From a virus: a DNA stretch of 22,709 bases. Made by a program: the position numbers and the translations under genes. Positions 7,991-18,495 of the stretch are shown here, one piece after another. The stretch lies in UHGV virus genome UHGV-2199615; one strand, 5' to 3'. The notes beneath the pieces are model-generated. The model searched no databases and was not told the DNA's origin. It saw only the letters and a list, made by a program, of their open reading frames with translations. The first letter of the stretch is position 1. Each line of letters begins with the position of its first letter.

Positions 7991-8683
7991 TTAAAACAAC
8001 GAGCCAAGCAGACCAAGACCAGCACCGATACCAGCACCCCACGGAGTTGATAGCTCGAGAGCACTGGCTATGCCACCACCCAAAAGCGCACCGGATGCAG
8101 CACCACTAACACCCTGCTGCAATGCTGACGGTCGGTTGGCGTTTGCCGCTGCAAGAGCCGCGCTTTGCTGTGAAATCTGACTCATGTTGTTGGCATATGT
8201 TTGCCCGGCGTTTGCCTGCCCCTGAAGAGCGCCAAGACCGATATTTGCCAGGTTGTTGTAATTGTTCATTTGTCCAGATAGCCATTGCTGACCAAGCGTT
8301 GGTGCGATTGTTGCTAACTGATTACTGGTTGCGGTGGAACCCAATCCACCTGTTGCTTCCGCTGCCGCCAGACTCTGATAGCGAGCCTGACCTGCAAGGT
8401 CTTTATACTGCTGAGAGTTGTAATACTGGTTAAGTGCCTGACCTTGCCCTTCCAGAGACGATAAGTTCTCAAGGCTGCCGACATACTTCCCAGCCAGAGG
8501 AGTAAACAGCTTCAGGTTGTTCATGATGGTGTTGAACTGCTGATTTTGCAGGTCTGCGGCATACTTCTGAGCTTCTGCTGCATACTTTGCGCTTTTATCA
8601 GAACTGCCACCTTTCCCGCCTTTTTCAGGGTAATAAGGTTCCTCGCCGCGCAGTTTTCTGCCCAGCGTAAATGCATATAACAT
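7991..8683 (-). CDS. Ejection protein, P22 gp7-like
   Basis: 230 aa (P22 gp7 is about 229 aa); N-terminus MLYAFTLGRKLRGEEPYYPEKGG then a Gln/Ala/Gly-rich region; position after the gp14-like gene. Confidence 0.75.
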   Translation of the reverse strand: MLYAFTLGRKLRGEEPYYPEKGGKGGSSDKSAKYAAEAQKYAADLQNQQFNTIMNNLKLFTPLAGKYVGSLENLSSLEGQGQALNQYYNSQQYKDLAGQARYQSLAAAEATGGLGSTATSNQLATIAPTLGQQWLSGQMNNYNNLANIGLGALQGQANAGQTYANNMSQISQQSAALAAANANRPSALQQGVSGAASGALLGGGIASALELSTPWGAGIGAGLGLLGSLF

Positions 8684-8685
8684 GG

Positions 8686-9141
8686 CTATCTCCCGTGATT
8701 CAGGAAGTCGATTAGTTCTTCGCGTGTGGCGCTGTAAAACGTCACGTCATCCACGCCTTTGAAGTATTTCTTGATGGTTCCTACACGCTTAAGGCCAATC
8801 ATTGCGCAGTACATCTGCCCGTGGCGGAATTTGCGTGCAGCAAATGATGTGACGCACTGAACGGTGGTGTTGGTCAGAATGTATCGCCAGAACGCCAGCC
8901 CTATTTCCTTGCTGAAGCCGCGAATCTCTGGCAGGTACATGGCGTGGCAATCGAATGTAAGCGGCTGAATCTCCTGATAGTAAACAATGCCGCCAAACTG
9001 ACCGTGCACGTTCACCTCAAAGTAACGGCAATCAGGTTTGTAGTCGTATCCATCACCGTTGTTGCTCCCGGCGATGATGTCAGGGTGATTTCCTACTGCT
9101 TCGATCAGGTCGATGTTTCGCGTTGGTTTGAATGTAATCAT
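8686..9141 (-). CDS. P22 gp14-like head/ejection-associated protein (assigned by position)
   Basis: 151-aa ORF whose ATG overlaps the tail-needle stop; synteny with P22 gene 14. No motif recognised. Confidence 0.55.
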   Translation of the reverse strand: MITFKPTRNIDLIEAVGNHPDIIAGSNNGDGYDYKPDCRYFEVNVHGQFGGIVYYQEIQPLTFDCHAMYLPEIRGFSKEIGLAFWRYILTNTTVQCVTSFAARKFRHGQMYCAMIGLKRVGTIKKYFKGVDDVTFYSATREELIDFLNHGR

Positions 9142-9842
9142 CAGTCAATCAGCCCATGTAATCTAAGTGCTGTTTCAAGCGCCAGAATACGCTGCCGCGC
9201 CTGCTCCAAACCTGTAGCGATAGCTGCGACTTCGGATTGTGTGTACGTAGTGCCGACCGTGTATGACTGGTTAGCGTTGAATGAGCCAAGAAGTGGTGTG
9301 CCTGTGGCCGCTGTCCATCCGGTCTGCCTTGCTCCAACGACCTGAATTCCATCAACTGAATATGATGTTTTTACATCCAGCGGTGACGCAAGAGACTGCG
9401 ATTCTGTTACGGTTTTCGATACGTAATCACTCTTAATGTCAGATATATCGCTTTCTACGCCATCCAGTCTTTGGTCAACAGTGACCAGATGCGCCTGAAT
9501 ATCGATAACCTCATCCAGCAAGTAATCAACATCGCTACGCAGTACAACTATCTTCCCTTCGGCGGTTGTTAACCTGACCTCAAGGAGATTTATCGCTTTT
9601 GTGTTTGCGGTGATTCTTGCATCGTGGTCAGCCAGTTCGACATCCTGTTCATCGTTTTTCACCTGAGCATCGTAAGCGCCCTGACCAGCCTGATTTGCTT
9701 TCCCGGCAATTGCGCCGACATCAGCCCCCTGATTAATGACATACAGCAGGTAAGACTGGCTGAATATATTGCGTGGAAGGATTGATGTATCGAGCCGCGT
9801 CGCCTGCACAATAACAGGGGTGTTGAGATTCGAATCAGCCAT
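9141..9842 (-). CDS. Tail needle (P22 gp26-like), trimeric coiled-coil
   Basis: ORF track gives 9141..9944; start chosen at internal ATG 9842, which overlaps the gp10-like stop (TAATG) and gives 233 aa. [73 protein letters not shown] matches the P22 gp26 N-terminus as I recall it. Confidence 0.85.
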   Translation of the reverse strand: MADSNLNTPVIVQATRLDTSILPRNIFSQSYLLYVINQGADVGAIAGKANQAGQGAYDAQVKNDEQDVELADHDARITANTKAINLLEVRLTTAEGKIVVLRSDVDYLLDEVIDIQAHLVTVDQRLDGVESDISDIKSDYVSKTVTESQSLASPLDVKTSYSVDGIQVVGARQTGWTAATGTPLLGSFNANQSYTVGTTYTQSEVAAIATGLEQARQRILALETALRLHGLID

Positions 9843-11260
9843 TACTCGATCCTTATCTGGCAGCCAGACAGAGTGACAGGTGACTTCGTGATAACGCGCA
9901 ATTTGAAGCCGACATTTTTCCTGATGCGCCCGACTCGCTTCCACAAAACGCGTTTGTCGTAAACAAACGGTTCATTCTGCTCAATCATCTGCTCACGACC
10001 GTAATTGATGCCGTCAGTGGTTGCAGAGAGAAAAAGGCGGTCGGCGTACTGCGCAACGCCAGTTGAAGATTCAACTTCAAGGTCGAAAACTCTGGCGTTA
10101 TCCGCTTTGAACAGAGGAGTAAACAGCAGATGCTCCTGTTGCTTGTCGTACTGGCTGCTGATGTCGAATTGCAATTTCCCGGTCACGGACTCCAGCTTAT
10201 CGCCGCACGTTATCTGATTGCCTTCGTAAATGAAGTCGATAGCGCGGTACACATCGTCATACAGACCTGTTTTCAGTACACACCATTGCGGAGCATTGGC
10301 GCTTGAAGATGCGTCGTATACGAGGACATGGCGCGGAAGATGGATAATCAGCAGCTCATGCGCATCAAATCGCAGAGACTCCATCACACCATCAGCCAGT
10401 TCATCAGCAGTGTAGGAGCGAAGAATTTTCTCAATGCTCGCGCTGGCGATTGGTGACACCTGCCCGGAACCGATGATGTATACAGACGGCGCACCTGTTG
10501 CCGGATTGCTGATGAACGCATAGGAATCAGCGAATGGCGTTTTGCAATAGGTTCCGGCGATGCCTTTTTGCACCATCAGTGATGGCTGTGCGACATACAA
10601 AGCAGCACCAACGGTGGTTGCGCCAGTCAGGGAGAAATATTCAATAGTCGATGAACCAAAGCAGACGATGAAGTCTCGCCATGTCCCGATACCGATGATG
10701 CCGTCCGGCTGCGATTCTGCGCGATATTGTGCACTGTATCGGTCAGGGTGCGATTCGTCTTCAAGGTCAGTGATAAACCATGAATCAGTTCCGTCTTTTG
10801 ACCACGCATAACGCCCACGTAAGCGAGTAATGTCGCGAACTGAACCTAACTCATACTGCGTGAATCCACTGTCTGTAGGCCAGTTTGAGACGGTTTTAAC
10901 CGTGCCATCATAACGATACTCGACCAGTTGACCATTAACGCCTACAGCCTGTGATGTTCGACCATGCGCCATTGATACGCGACCACTTCCGGCGACGTCA
11001 CCGACTTCGCTTTCTCCTTTGTACAGCTTGCCGCCACACACGCGATAAACAGCACTCTGCGCCATGTTGTACTCGACGCCGCGCGATATACCATTCACAT
11101 CAGAACGTTTGGCAATGCCCGGGAATGAGCGAAGATATCCGCTGCTGTTCAGGATTTCTTTGGGCGTAGCCAACATATTCACTGGCAGATAGTCGATATA
11201 GTCGGCGTTTCGAAAGTCTTTGCCGACACCTTTCATAAGCGGAAGTTGCTGAATCGGCAT
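9842..11260 (-). CDS. Tail accessory factor, P22 gp10-like
   Basis: 472 aa, the same length as P22 gp10; between the gp4-like and gp26-like genes. Confidence 0.8.
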   Translation of the reverse strand: MPIQQLPLMKGVGKDFRNADYIDYLPVNMLATPKEILNSSGYLRSFPGIAKRSDVNGISRGVEYNMAQSAVYRVCGGKLYKGESEVGDVAGSGRVSMAHGRTSQAVGVNGQLVEYRYDGTVKTVSNWPTDSGFTQYELGSVRDITRLRGRYAWSKDGTDSWFITDLEDESHPDRYSAQYRAESQPDGIIGIGTWRDFIVCFGSSTIEYFSLTGATTVGAALYVAQPSLMVQKGIAGTYCKTPFADSYAFISNPATGAPSVYIIGSGQVSPIASASIEKILRSYTADELADGVMESLRFDAHELLIIHLPRHVLVYDASSSANAPQWCVLKTGLYDDVYRAIDFIYEGNQITCGDKLESVTGKLQFDISSQYDKQQEHLLFTPLFKADNARVFDLEVESSTGVAQYADRLFLSATTDGINYGREQMIEQNEPFVYDKRVLWKRVGRIRKNVGFKLRVITKSPVTLSGCQIRIE

Positions 11261-11269
11261 TTATTCACC

Positions 11270-11731
11270 TCACGTACTCGGATCATCTTTCTCGATGTAA
11301 AACCGATTCCACGTAAACGCGCTTTTGTTACCACTACCGCGAGGCATGTCATTTCGCCGCTCAAGTGGTGGTATTTTGGTTAAAGCGATACAGATTGTCT
11401 GATATGCACTGTCAGCAGCGGTAAGGAGAGCGTCTGACGGCTGAATGACGTTATCCATGCACACTTGCACAGCGAGTTTCAAAGCGACGCCATCATTTGC
11501 CCATGCAGGGATGCCTGAATCATCGTCAGGTAACGGCATGATGCCGTTTTCTGTATCAGCAAACTGATACCCAAGCTCGATACCTTTCGCCTGCCATGCT
11601 GCCATCATGTCTTCGAGGTCATTAATGGCATCTTCAATTGCCTGAGGGTCAGCATCTGTCAACGTGGCATTGGAATACAGCCCGGCTTTTCGTAAAGCCT
11701 TTAGAACGAGATCACCCTTCGTTTTCGCCAT
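11270..11731 (-). CDS. Head-to-tail adaptor / tail accessory factor, P22 gp4-like
   Basis: 153 aa; MAKTKGDLVLKALRKAGLYSNATLTDADPQAIEDAINDLEDMMAAW resembles the P22 gp4 N-terminus as I recall it. Confidence 0.8.
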   Translation of the reverse strand: MAKTKGDLVLKALRKAGLYSNATLTDADPQAIEDAINDLEDMMAAWQAKGIELGYQFADTENGIMPLPDDDSGIPAWANDGVALKLAVQVCMDNVIQPSDALLTAADSAYQTICIALTKIPPLERRNDMPRGSGNKSAFTWNRFYIEKDDPST

Positions 11732-11900
11732 CTTCTTCCGCCTTAGCCACTTTTTGCTTCGTTGCGGTTTCTTCAGGAGTTTTTACCCAACCTTTTTTCA
11801 GGTGAGATTTAACTTCTTCGTCATCAACAATGATGTAATCGACAGCAAACTGACCGCAGGTGATCATGTTGCCTGGCTTATAGAGCATTGTTCGTGCCAT
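11712..11900 (-). CDS. Small hypothetical protein between coat and gp4-like genes (62 aa)
   Basis: ORF 11712..11939; start chosen at internal Met (MARTMLYKPGNMITCGQFAVDYIIVDDEEV...) preceded by GGGAGAAG. Sf6-type phages carry a small gene here. Its 3' end overlaps the gp4-like start by 20 nt. Confidence 0.4.
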   Translation of the reverse strand: MARTMLYKPGNMITCGQFAVDYIIVDDEEVKSHLKKGWVKTPEETATKQKVAKAEEDGENEG

Positions 11901-11911
11901 TGTCTTCTCCC

Positions 11912-11934
11912 AATAAAAATGGGGCCGAAGCCCC
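11912..11934 (-). terminator. Intrinsic terminator immediately downstream of the coat gene
   Basis: Minus-strand RNA reads GGGGC-UUCG-GCCCC followed by AUUUUUAUU (plus strand aataaaaat-ggggc-cgaa-gcccc), just after the coat stop at 11942. Confidence 0.55.
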
Positions 11935-11941
11935 ACCAAAA

Positions 11942-13195
11942 TTACTGCCCAGCAATAACGATGCCCGTATATTCAGGAACCAGTACAGAGCAACCGTACA
12001 GAGTGGTGAAACGCGCAGTGGTTACGCCTTTGATGTGGTCGAAGGAGTAAGACATGATCAGCGTAGCGCCCTGCTCGGTGGTTGCTGTCATTACCTGTGG
12101 ACCCTGACCAGTTGGGAACGCCAGTTTGCCGTACATCAGTTCAACAGAACCATCAGCCCAGAACAGGTTAGCAGGTGCTGCGTTCTTGTTGAGAATGGTG
12201 ATTGCTGCTGATTCTGCCGGTTTGGCATCGACGTTTGCATATGGACGACTCGCAACATCAGTATTTTCAACAGGGAGAATCTTTGGAGAAATTGTTACGG
12301 TAGTTCCGCTAACAGCCAGAACACGGAATACCTGCGGTTGACCGGTGGTATCTTTTGTGATCTGGTGTACGGAATTCACACCGGCAATGGTGAACGCATC
12401 ACCAACCTGCAAGCCAGATGCAGATACCGTAATAGTCCCCTGTCGGTTATCAACTGGCATACCATTTGAATCTTTCGCTTCAACCTTGTGTTCAGGTTGG
12501 CCTGATACTGTCAAGGATTCAGTGCTTCCTTTCGGTAATCGACCAGAAATATCGGTCTTGTAGCTATCGAAGGACGCAACCGGAGGGATTTGCGCTTTTT
12601 CGTATGCTGTCAGGGTTGCGCCCTGAGCATAGGCACGGTGACCAAGCTCGCCAGCAAGGTCTTTGTAGTTGAAGGGGTTCCAGAAAGAGCGACGGTTGAT
12701 ACCCTGAGGTACACCAATCGCCGTCATGGTGGCATCAATACCTGCCGCACAGTTCCACAAATCACGGCCCTGTGTACCTGCGGTTGAGTCAGCCATCGTG
12801 ATCACGTTAGTAGCACGCTGCGTGACCATGGAAATCAGGTCAGAGTCAATCTGTGCAGCAAGGCGCATACCTGCGGCGCGACCAGCTTCAGTTTTATGTT
12901 CCGGATCACGCATTTCACGCGCATCCAGAGTGTACAGAATGTTTTTCGGCTCCTTGAACACTGAAGGAACAAGGCGCTGAACCAGTGCTGTTGGCGTTTT
13001 GCTGCTGAGGTCGAGGCCTTCCTCAATATTCATGTGGTAATGCTGCGGACGATACAGAACATCACCTGCTCGCTGCATTGCTGTATCACCGGGACGGAAT
13101 TTTTTAGCGTTACGGGAAACTACGCAGGCGGCCTCAAAGCCTTCAACGTAGTTTTCGAACATGATTTCAAGGTCTTTTGCTAATTGGTTAGCCAT
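11942..13195 (-). CDS. Major capsid (coat) protein, P22 gp5 / Sf6 gp5-like
   Basis: 417 aa, directly after the scaffold gene; C-terminal region (NLFWADGSVELM..) resembles P22 coat (NVFWADDAIRIV) as I recall it; size fits the P22-like coat family (about 420-430 aa). Confidence 0.85.
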   Translation of the reverse strand: MANQLAKDLEIMFENYVEGFEAACVVSRNAKKFRPGDTAMQRAGDVLYRPQHYHMNIEEGLDLSSKTPTALVQRLVPSVFKEPKNILYTLDAREMRDPEHKTEAGRAAGMRLAAQIDSDLISMVTQRATNVITMADSTAGTQGRDLWNCAAGIDATMTAIGVPQGINRRSFWNPFNYKDLAGELGHRAYAQGATLTAYEKAQIPPVASFDSYKTDISGRLPKGSTESLTVSGQPEHKVEAKDSNGMPVDNRQGTITVSASGLQVGDAFTIAGVNSVHQITKDTTGQPQVFRVLAVSGTTVTISPKILPVENTDVASRPYANVDAKPAESAAITILNKNAAPANLFWADGSVELMYGKLAFPTGQGPQVMTATTEQGATLIMSYSFDHIKGVTTARFTTLYGCSVLVPEYTGIVIAGQ

Positions 13196-13213
13196 GCTTA
13201 ATGCTCCAATAGG

Positions 13214-14107
13214 TTATTTTTTTGCCTTTTTAGCGGCGAAATACGGCGTCCAGTCACCAGTTTCCAGCGCCTTGGCTTTCAATTTGTCGAGGTTGTTGAT
13301 TACTGCGCCGTTGCTCCCCTTAACCGTCGGGGTTGTGGCTGCCGTGGTTTTTGCTTTTGGCATGATTCTGGCCTTCGATTCGATACGTTCCAGCAGACGA
13401 CCAATTGCTACGGGGTTGGTAGCTTCTGCCAGTTGCTTGCGCAGTTCAGCGTTGCGACCAAGCGCCAGAACAACGATTTCCGGCTTCTCTGACTCAAACA
13501 GGATCGCGTTTTGTGTCTCGATGGGGATTTCCTCGAGTACGGCCTGCTCAGCTTCCTGATAGCCAGGAACTTTGAGAGCCTTAACACGTTGCTGATATTT
13601 GGATAATCGCTCTTGATAGGCAGCCTGAAGCTCCTGCTCCTTCTGCTTGCGAGCCATCTCCTGTTGCTGGTACTTGCCATTATCCTCTGCCCACTTAGCC
13701 ATGCGTTGCTGGTAGATTTCTTCATCGAAACCGATGTCCTCATCATCCAGTTTTGGCATTCGCGGTGGTTGAGTGATTACCGGCTGCTGCTCGACGGGTT
13801 TCTGAGACTGACGCATCAGCTCTTTCAGCTCGCGGTCTTTCTCTTTAATCGTCTTGCGCAGGTGTTTTACCAGTCCATGCTCAGCGCCATCTTCGCTGGT
13901 TGGCGAATCCAGCTTTTCGTCACCAAAGTAGAATTCCTGTTCTGATTCGTCGTCATCAGTTTCAGTAGCCTCCTCTGCATCATTGCCTGAGGACTCACTG
14001 CCATCTTCTGTTTCGACTTTTTCAGCCAGTTCGACATCATCAGGAATCTGCTCTGACGCGTCGGTTTCGATTTCAACTTCTGGTGTGTTTTCTGCCATCT
14101 GGTCCAT
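13214..14107 (-). CDS. Scaffolding protein
   Basis: 297 aa between portal and coat; highly acidic N-terminus, charged coiled-coil-like middle and basic C-terminus (..FAAKKAKK), as expected for P22-type scaffolds (P22 gp8 is about 303 aa). Confidence 0.7.
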   Translation of the reverse strand: MDQMAENTPEVEIETDASEQIPDDVELAEKVETEDGSESSGNDAEEATETDDDESEQEFYFGDEKLDSPTSEDGAEHGLVKHLRKTIKEKDRELKELMRQSQKPVEQQPVITQPPRMPKLDDEDIGFDEEIYQQRMAKWAEDNGKYQQQEMARKQKEQELQAAYQERLSKYQQRVKALKVPGYQEAEQAVLEEIPIETQNAILFESEKPEIVVLALGRNAELRKQLAEATNPVAIGRLLERIESKARIMPKAKTTAATTPTVKGSNGAVINNLDKLKAKALETGDWTPYFAAKKAKK

Positions 14108-14197
14108 TTGTTACCCCTGTTTACTCGATGTTCAGCCCATCGGAAGGCAATAGGGTGCCAGGCCTCATAAAGACAGCCATTGCACGTTATGGGTTAA

Positions 14198-16396
14198 TTA
14201 CTGCTGTGGTTGTTGCTGAGTTGATTTTTGCAGGATGCTGCTGATGTCCATGCGCTGCGCATGGCCCTGTGCCTGACTTTTCAGGACAAGCTCTGCATCA
14301 GCACGGGCATTGTCTCCTTGCTGTTGCTGGAACTGTCCGAGCAGTTTCAGAGCCTCGCGGATATCAGATTTCTGCTGGCTATCGGCAGATGCGAGGATTT
14401 TCACAACATTTGCCGCTGCAACCTGAGCATCAGTCTGTGCCTGGAATGCTTTAACCTGAATGGCTGCCTGCTCGTTCTGCGCTTTCTGCAATTCAGCCTG
14501 ACCAGCAAGAAGCTGACCTTGCGCAGCAACCATAGCCGGATCTGGCTGACTGGCCTGTTGTTGTTTCGCCTGCTCAACCATCTGCTGTTCTTCTGGCGTT
14601 CTCGGCTTGATAACTCCAGACAGAAGCAACTGATTGCGGTTGTATTCTTTAAGGTCGTCCATCCCTTCGCCGTCCATATTGTCGAGGATCATCGACGATA
14701 CAAGGTCGTGTTTCGGCGTTCCGGGCGGGATAAGTGCCAGCATGGAAAGTAACGACTTAACCGTTGCGTCACGGCGAGTAGCGAACGACTGACCGACATC
14801 GACAGTCACTTCATAGTTACCCTGCGAAAGGTCGTTAAGCGCGATAACCTGCCCTGTCTGACGGTCAACCACTTCACCAGTCATCAGCGCCACGTCATCG
14901 CTGCCGTCCTCATTAACGATACGCATCGGCGTATCGCTGCCATAGACTTCACGAGCCATAGAAAGCCACACAACGCCAGCGCGACGCATGGATTTAGCCA
15001 TGTTGTCCATGTAGATATAGGACTGCGTATCCATCCGGTTAAAGATGCTATCAACGGTATCGGTAGCAACGTTGCTCGGCATGTTCTCAAGCTGCGACGC
15101 ACCTGTAATTTGCTGAATAGCCGTTCCGGTGTACTGCAATAGCCCGGCAAGAGCTGGAGGCATTTGTGTCGGAGGCGTATAACTGCTGACCTGAGCCTGC
15201 GCAGTAATATCTCCGTTTTTGTTTTTCAGACTGACCATCGGCAGGAACGCCGGGCGCTTTTTGTTGCGCTCCGCCCAATGAGTGGCGAGAGGACCAGGAA
15301 TCATGTCAACATCAACTACAGGAATGCCATCACCGCCAGCCTGAGTAGCGTTATCTGCAATCATGGAAACCATCAGGTTCTCAAGACGCTGTGCATCCAT
15401 CGCTTTTGCTGCGTGGCCTTCGATTCGTTCCTGATTATCAACAAATGAGCGACGTCCATATACCGGGATGAGAGGAATATGTTCGCCCGGAATACGCTTC
15501 GGTTCTTCCAGCCATTCAGCGCCAGACAGAAGGCCGCAATAAACGCGGCGTTTCTTCACCGTTCGCTCGCCAATCAGTTCGAATGCACCATCGGTCAGCT
15601 CGTCGACAATATCTTTGATTTGCTCTTCATCATAGATTGCCGTTTCTCCGCTAACAGGGTTGCGCCATGCCGTGAGCTTCACCTTCTCTATGCGAACTTC
15701 GTAGTAGCGCCCAACATAGATGGCATCTGGCGTTGACCAGTCATATTGAGTGCCAGTCTCATCACGAGAAAGGCCTGCCGCGATGGAATCAGGGTATTCA
15801 GCCTCGAACGCTTTAGGCGTCATGGAGAACATTTCCATAGCCCACATAGCATCAGAACGGTCATATTGCTTGCTGTCCTGATCGAAGAAGACGCATGTCG
15901 CTGGGTCGTAAACAGGAAGAAGGCTGATGCGTCGCTGCTCGTTACTTGGGTCCATTTCATCTTCGTAATCGGCACACATGCGGAAACAACCGAATCCGCC
16001 CGTTACAGCATCATCAAATGCGTTATCACACGCTTCGCCACCTGATGTTTCCTGATAGTCAGCGCGGAATTTGCCGTTCATCTTTTTGGCTAACGCTTCC
16101 GATGCCTTGTCATCCTTCGGCCTGAATTTAACGCTGATGCGATTCTGTCGATACTCGCCAATGATGCGATCACATTCACGGGCAATCTTATTCAGTTCAA
16201 AGCGCGGGTAATGCTCAAACCTGCCTTCATCAAATGAGTAACCAGCGTTTGTGCTGCCTTCCCACTGTGCGCCGGATACCCGGACGAAACGTTGAGCCTC
16301 AATAATCTGCTCACGCATATCCTGCGTTGCTGACCAGGCATTATCAAAGTTGCACAGCACCTTGCGATGCCAGTCAGTCATCTTTTTTTCTGCCAT
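14198..16396 (-). CDS. Portal protein, P22 gp1-like
   Basis: 732 aa (P22 portal is about 725 aa); C-terminal segment PEEQQMVEQAKQQQASQPDPAMVAAQGQLLAGQAELQKAQNEQ closely resembles the P22 portal C-terminal barrel region as I recall it. Confidence 0.9.
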   Translation of the reverse strand: MAEKKMTDWHRKVLCNFDNAWSATQDMREQIIEAQRFVRVSGAQWEGSTNAGYSFDEGRFEHYPRFELNKIARECDRIIGEYRQNRISVKFRPKDDKASEALAKKMNGKFRADYQETSGGEACDNAFDDAVTGGFGCFRMCADYEDEMDPSNEQRRISLLPVYDPATCVFFDQDSKQYDRSDAMWAMEMFSMTPKAFEAEYPDSIAAGLSRDETGTQYDWSTPDAIYVGRYYEVRIEKVKLTAWRNPVSGETAIYDEEQIKDIVDELTDGAFELIGERTVKKRRVYCGLLSGAEWLEEPKRIPGEHIPLIPVYGRRSFVDNQERIEGHAAKAMDAQRLENLMVSMIADNATQAGGDGIPVVDVDMIPGPLATHWAERNKKRPAFLPMVSLKNKNGDITAQAQVSSYTPPTQMPPALAGLLQYTGTAIQQITGASQLENMPSNVATDTVDSIFNRMDTQSYIYMDNMAKSMRRAGVVWLSMAREVYGSDTPMRIVNEDGSDDVALMTGEVVDRQTGQVIALNDLSQGNYEVTVDVGQSFATRRDATVKSLLSMLALIPPGTPKHDLVSSMILDNMDGEGMDDLKEYNRNQLLLSGVIKPRTPEEQQMVEQAKQQQASQPDPAMVAAQGQLLAGQAELQKAQNEQAAIQVKAFQAQTDAQVAAANVVKILASADSQQKSDIREALKLLGQFQQQQGDNARADAELVLKSQAQGHAQRMDISSILQKSTQQQPQQ

Positions 16397-16397
16397 A

Positions 16398-17813
16398 TCA
16401 ACCTACACCACAAGGAATTGAGTAACTGGAATAGTCGGGTTGCGCAGCCGACTCCGGGCAATGCATACACATCATCAGCGCATCAGCCAGGTTAGGAGAT
16501 GGGATACCGAGCTTCTGCTTCATTTCGACCTTAGTCATAAGCTCCAGTTTCCCGTTATTATTGAATTTGCGCTGAATCTGCGTCAGTTCTGCAAACAGTT
16601 TCTCCAGCATCTTCTCGCCTATCGCTTCTTTGTCGAAGCTCAGCATGTCGTCGGGGTCTGCATACTCACCGTGGACAACCGCCCGATATGTCAGATACAG
16701 CCTGTCAGCCAGCGCGTAATAGAATTGCGCTCGCTTATTGCGGAATACATCGCCAATAGTGCGAACGTTGTCACCCTGTACGACTTCATCAGCCCATGCT
16801 CCGGCCTGATACGGAGCATCTTCATCGAATGGCGATTCGCTGCCCTTGAACATCGTGGCGGTAATTTTCTTGCCGGAGAATGCTTCCGTTGTCTGTCTGC
16901 GTAGCCCTGCACCGACACCATCGCCATCCCACAGGTAATGGTCAGCGCCGTCTTCAATCGCCAGCGAAGTAGCCCAGTCAGCACCCTCGTTGATGTCCAT
17001 CAGCAGACCTTCGGCAATGCGCTTAACTACCGAACCGTGACGCGATGCATAACCTTTAGCATCTGGCCCTGTATCTGATGGGTCATGCGCAGAGACAACA
17101 GCGCCTTTCGCTTTCCATCCGAGTTTCTTGTGCGCATCGGTTGCGGCTTCAAGCCATTCACGTTTGATGATTGCCATATCACTTGCGCTTACTGGCTCAC
17201 CAAGCCAGATGTGACGATACAGTGTCGGGTTTCTGCGTTTACACTCTTCCATCTCCAGACGGAGAACTTCAGGAAAGTGCGGGTTGTCGGTGTAGTTCAC
17301 CGTCAGCAGACAAATATCATCGGGAGGGTTTACTACGAATCGCTGATAGGTATCGTCGAGGATGTTTTTCGGGTTGAAGCTCACCCATATTTCGGAAAAT
17401 GGCTTGCGGATGGTTGGTATCAGGATATCCCATGATTCCTTCGTTACCGCTTCCGCTTCCTCCACCCAGCAGATATCAATGCCTTCGAGCGATTTAATCT
17501 TCGTCGGGTTGTTTTTGATGCCGTAGAACATGAACTCAGCATTCGTCCCGAGATGACGAATCATGGAACGCTGAATTTCAAACTCAGCCGTATACCCTTC
17601 ACGCTCTATGGTGTCTTCAAGCAGCCGGATTACCGAATCGCTGATACTGTTTTGCAGTTCACGAGCGCAGAGAATACGCACTGGCTGCCGACGCGCCGCT
17701 TCAACAAGCAGTCTCGCAATTGCCCATGATTTACCGCTACCTCGACCGCCTTTGGCGACTTTGTAGCGATGCGCCTCAATGAACGGTTCAAAGATAGGAT
17801 TAATCGAGGTCAT
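16398..17813 (-). CDS. Terminase large subunit (P22/Sf6-type, headful packaging)
   Basis: 471 aa; Walker A-like KGGRGSGKSWAIA near the N-terminus; start overlaps the small terminase stop; followed by portal. Confidence 0.9.
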   Translation of the reverse strand: MTSINPIFEPFIEAHRYKVAKGGRGSGKSWAIARLLVEAARRQPVRILCARELQNSISDSVIRLLEDTIEREGYTAEFEIQRSMIRHLGTNAEFMFYGIKNNPTKIKSLEGIDICWVEEAEAVTKESWDILIPTIRKPFSEIWVSFNPKNILDDTYQRFVVNPPDDICLLTVNYTDNPHFPEVLRLEMEECKRRNPTLYRHIWLGEPVSASDMAIIKREWLEAATDAHKKLGWKAKGAVVSAHDPSDTGPDAKGYASRHGSVVKRIAEGLLMDINEGADWATSLAIEDGADHYLWDGDGVGAGLRRQTTEAFSGKKITATMFKGSESPFDEDAPYQAGAWADEVVQGDNVRTIGDVFRNKRAQFYYALADRLYLTYRAVVHGEYADPDDMLSFDKEAIGEKMLEKLFAELTQIQRKFNNNGKLELMTKVEMKQKLGIPSPNLADALMMCMHCPESAAQPDYSSYSIPCGVG

Positions 17814-18250
17814 TTTCCGAATAGAGTGCTCATCGGTGATGTTTCAATCTGGATTGCGCCGCCGTCTTTGCCTGTTAGCTCGTGATCAACCTTGTCGCGC
17901 CATTTATCCTTCTGTCGGTTCTTAAGCCAGAAGATGGCAGCTGTTGTATCAGGCGGGTAATACTTCTCAAGAGGAGTTTCGACAATTCTGTTTTCAATAA
18001 CACGAATATCGATGTCTGGAGCCACGAAGCCCATAGCGCGTTGATAAAGACGGTCACTAACTTCTGCATCAGCGACGGCCTTACCCTTTTTTATGGACTC
18101 CGAAAACTCAGGATAATCAAGCTTCCACTTGTTAATAGTTGACTCACTGACTTCGAAGAAATCAGCAAGCTCTGCATCGGTGTAGCCCAGCAAGCACAGT
18201 TTGCGTGCCTGTTCGGCATACGCCTCTTGATACTTTGTTGGGCGCGCCAT
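17810..18250 (-). CDS. Terminase small subunit (P22 gp3 / Sf6 gp1-like)
   Basis: 146 aa immediately upstream of and overlapping the large terminase gene; helix-turn-helix-like N-terminus (LGYTDAELADFFEVSESTINKW). Confidence 0.8.
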   Translation of the reverse strand: MARPTKYQEAYAEQARKLCLLGYTDAELADFFEVSESTINKWKLDYPEFSESIKKGKAVADAEVSDRLYQRAMGFVAPDIDIRVIENRIVETPLEKYYPPDTTAAIFWLKNRQKDKWRDKVDHELTGKDGGAIQIETSPMSTLFGK

Positions 18251-18252
18251 GT

Positions 18253-18495
18253 TTATGCTCCGGTGGTGAACAGGTCTAACGCTTCCTTCGATTTACGCAC
18301 CGCTTCGATAGTGCGGGTCGTGATATCTGAATTAGCGCCGCCTGACTGGAAGTGAATTTTGAATAGCTCAAGCTTCAGTTCGTCAGTGCCAATGAACTGA
18401 AATGCTTCCTCTGCGGCTGCGTTCTGGTTCATGACCAGCTTGTAAATCTCTAACTGGAATTTCTGTTCTTCAGTCATGGGAATAATCTCTGCCAT
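18253..18495 (-). CDS. Hypothetical small protein upstream of terS (80 aa)
   Basis: ORF with GGAG SD; stop 2 nt before the terS start. No motif recognised. Confidence 0.45.
   Translation of the reverse strand: MAEIIPMTEEQKFQLEIYKLVMNQNAAAEEAFQFIGTDELKLELFKIHFQSGGANSDITTRTIEAVRKSKEALDLFTTGA

Noticed and set aside
14228-14752. 174-aa plus-strand ORF, and similar plus-strand ORFs at 16440-16904, 17085-17435, 12126-12980 and 5730-6071
   Set aside because: All lie antisense inside well-supported structural genes (portal, terminase, coat, gp16-like); they have the low-complexity, Cys/Arg/Leu-rich composition of shadow ORFs and no start signals.
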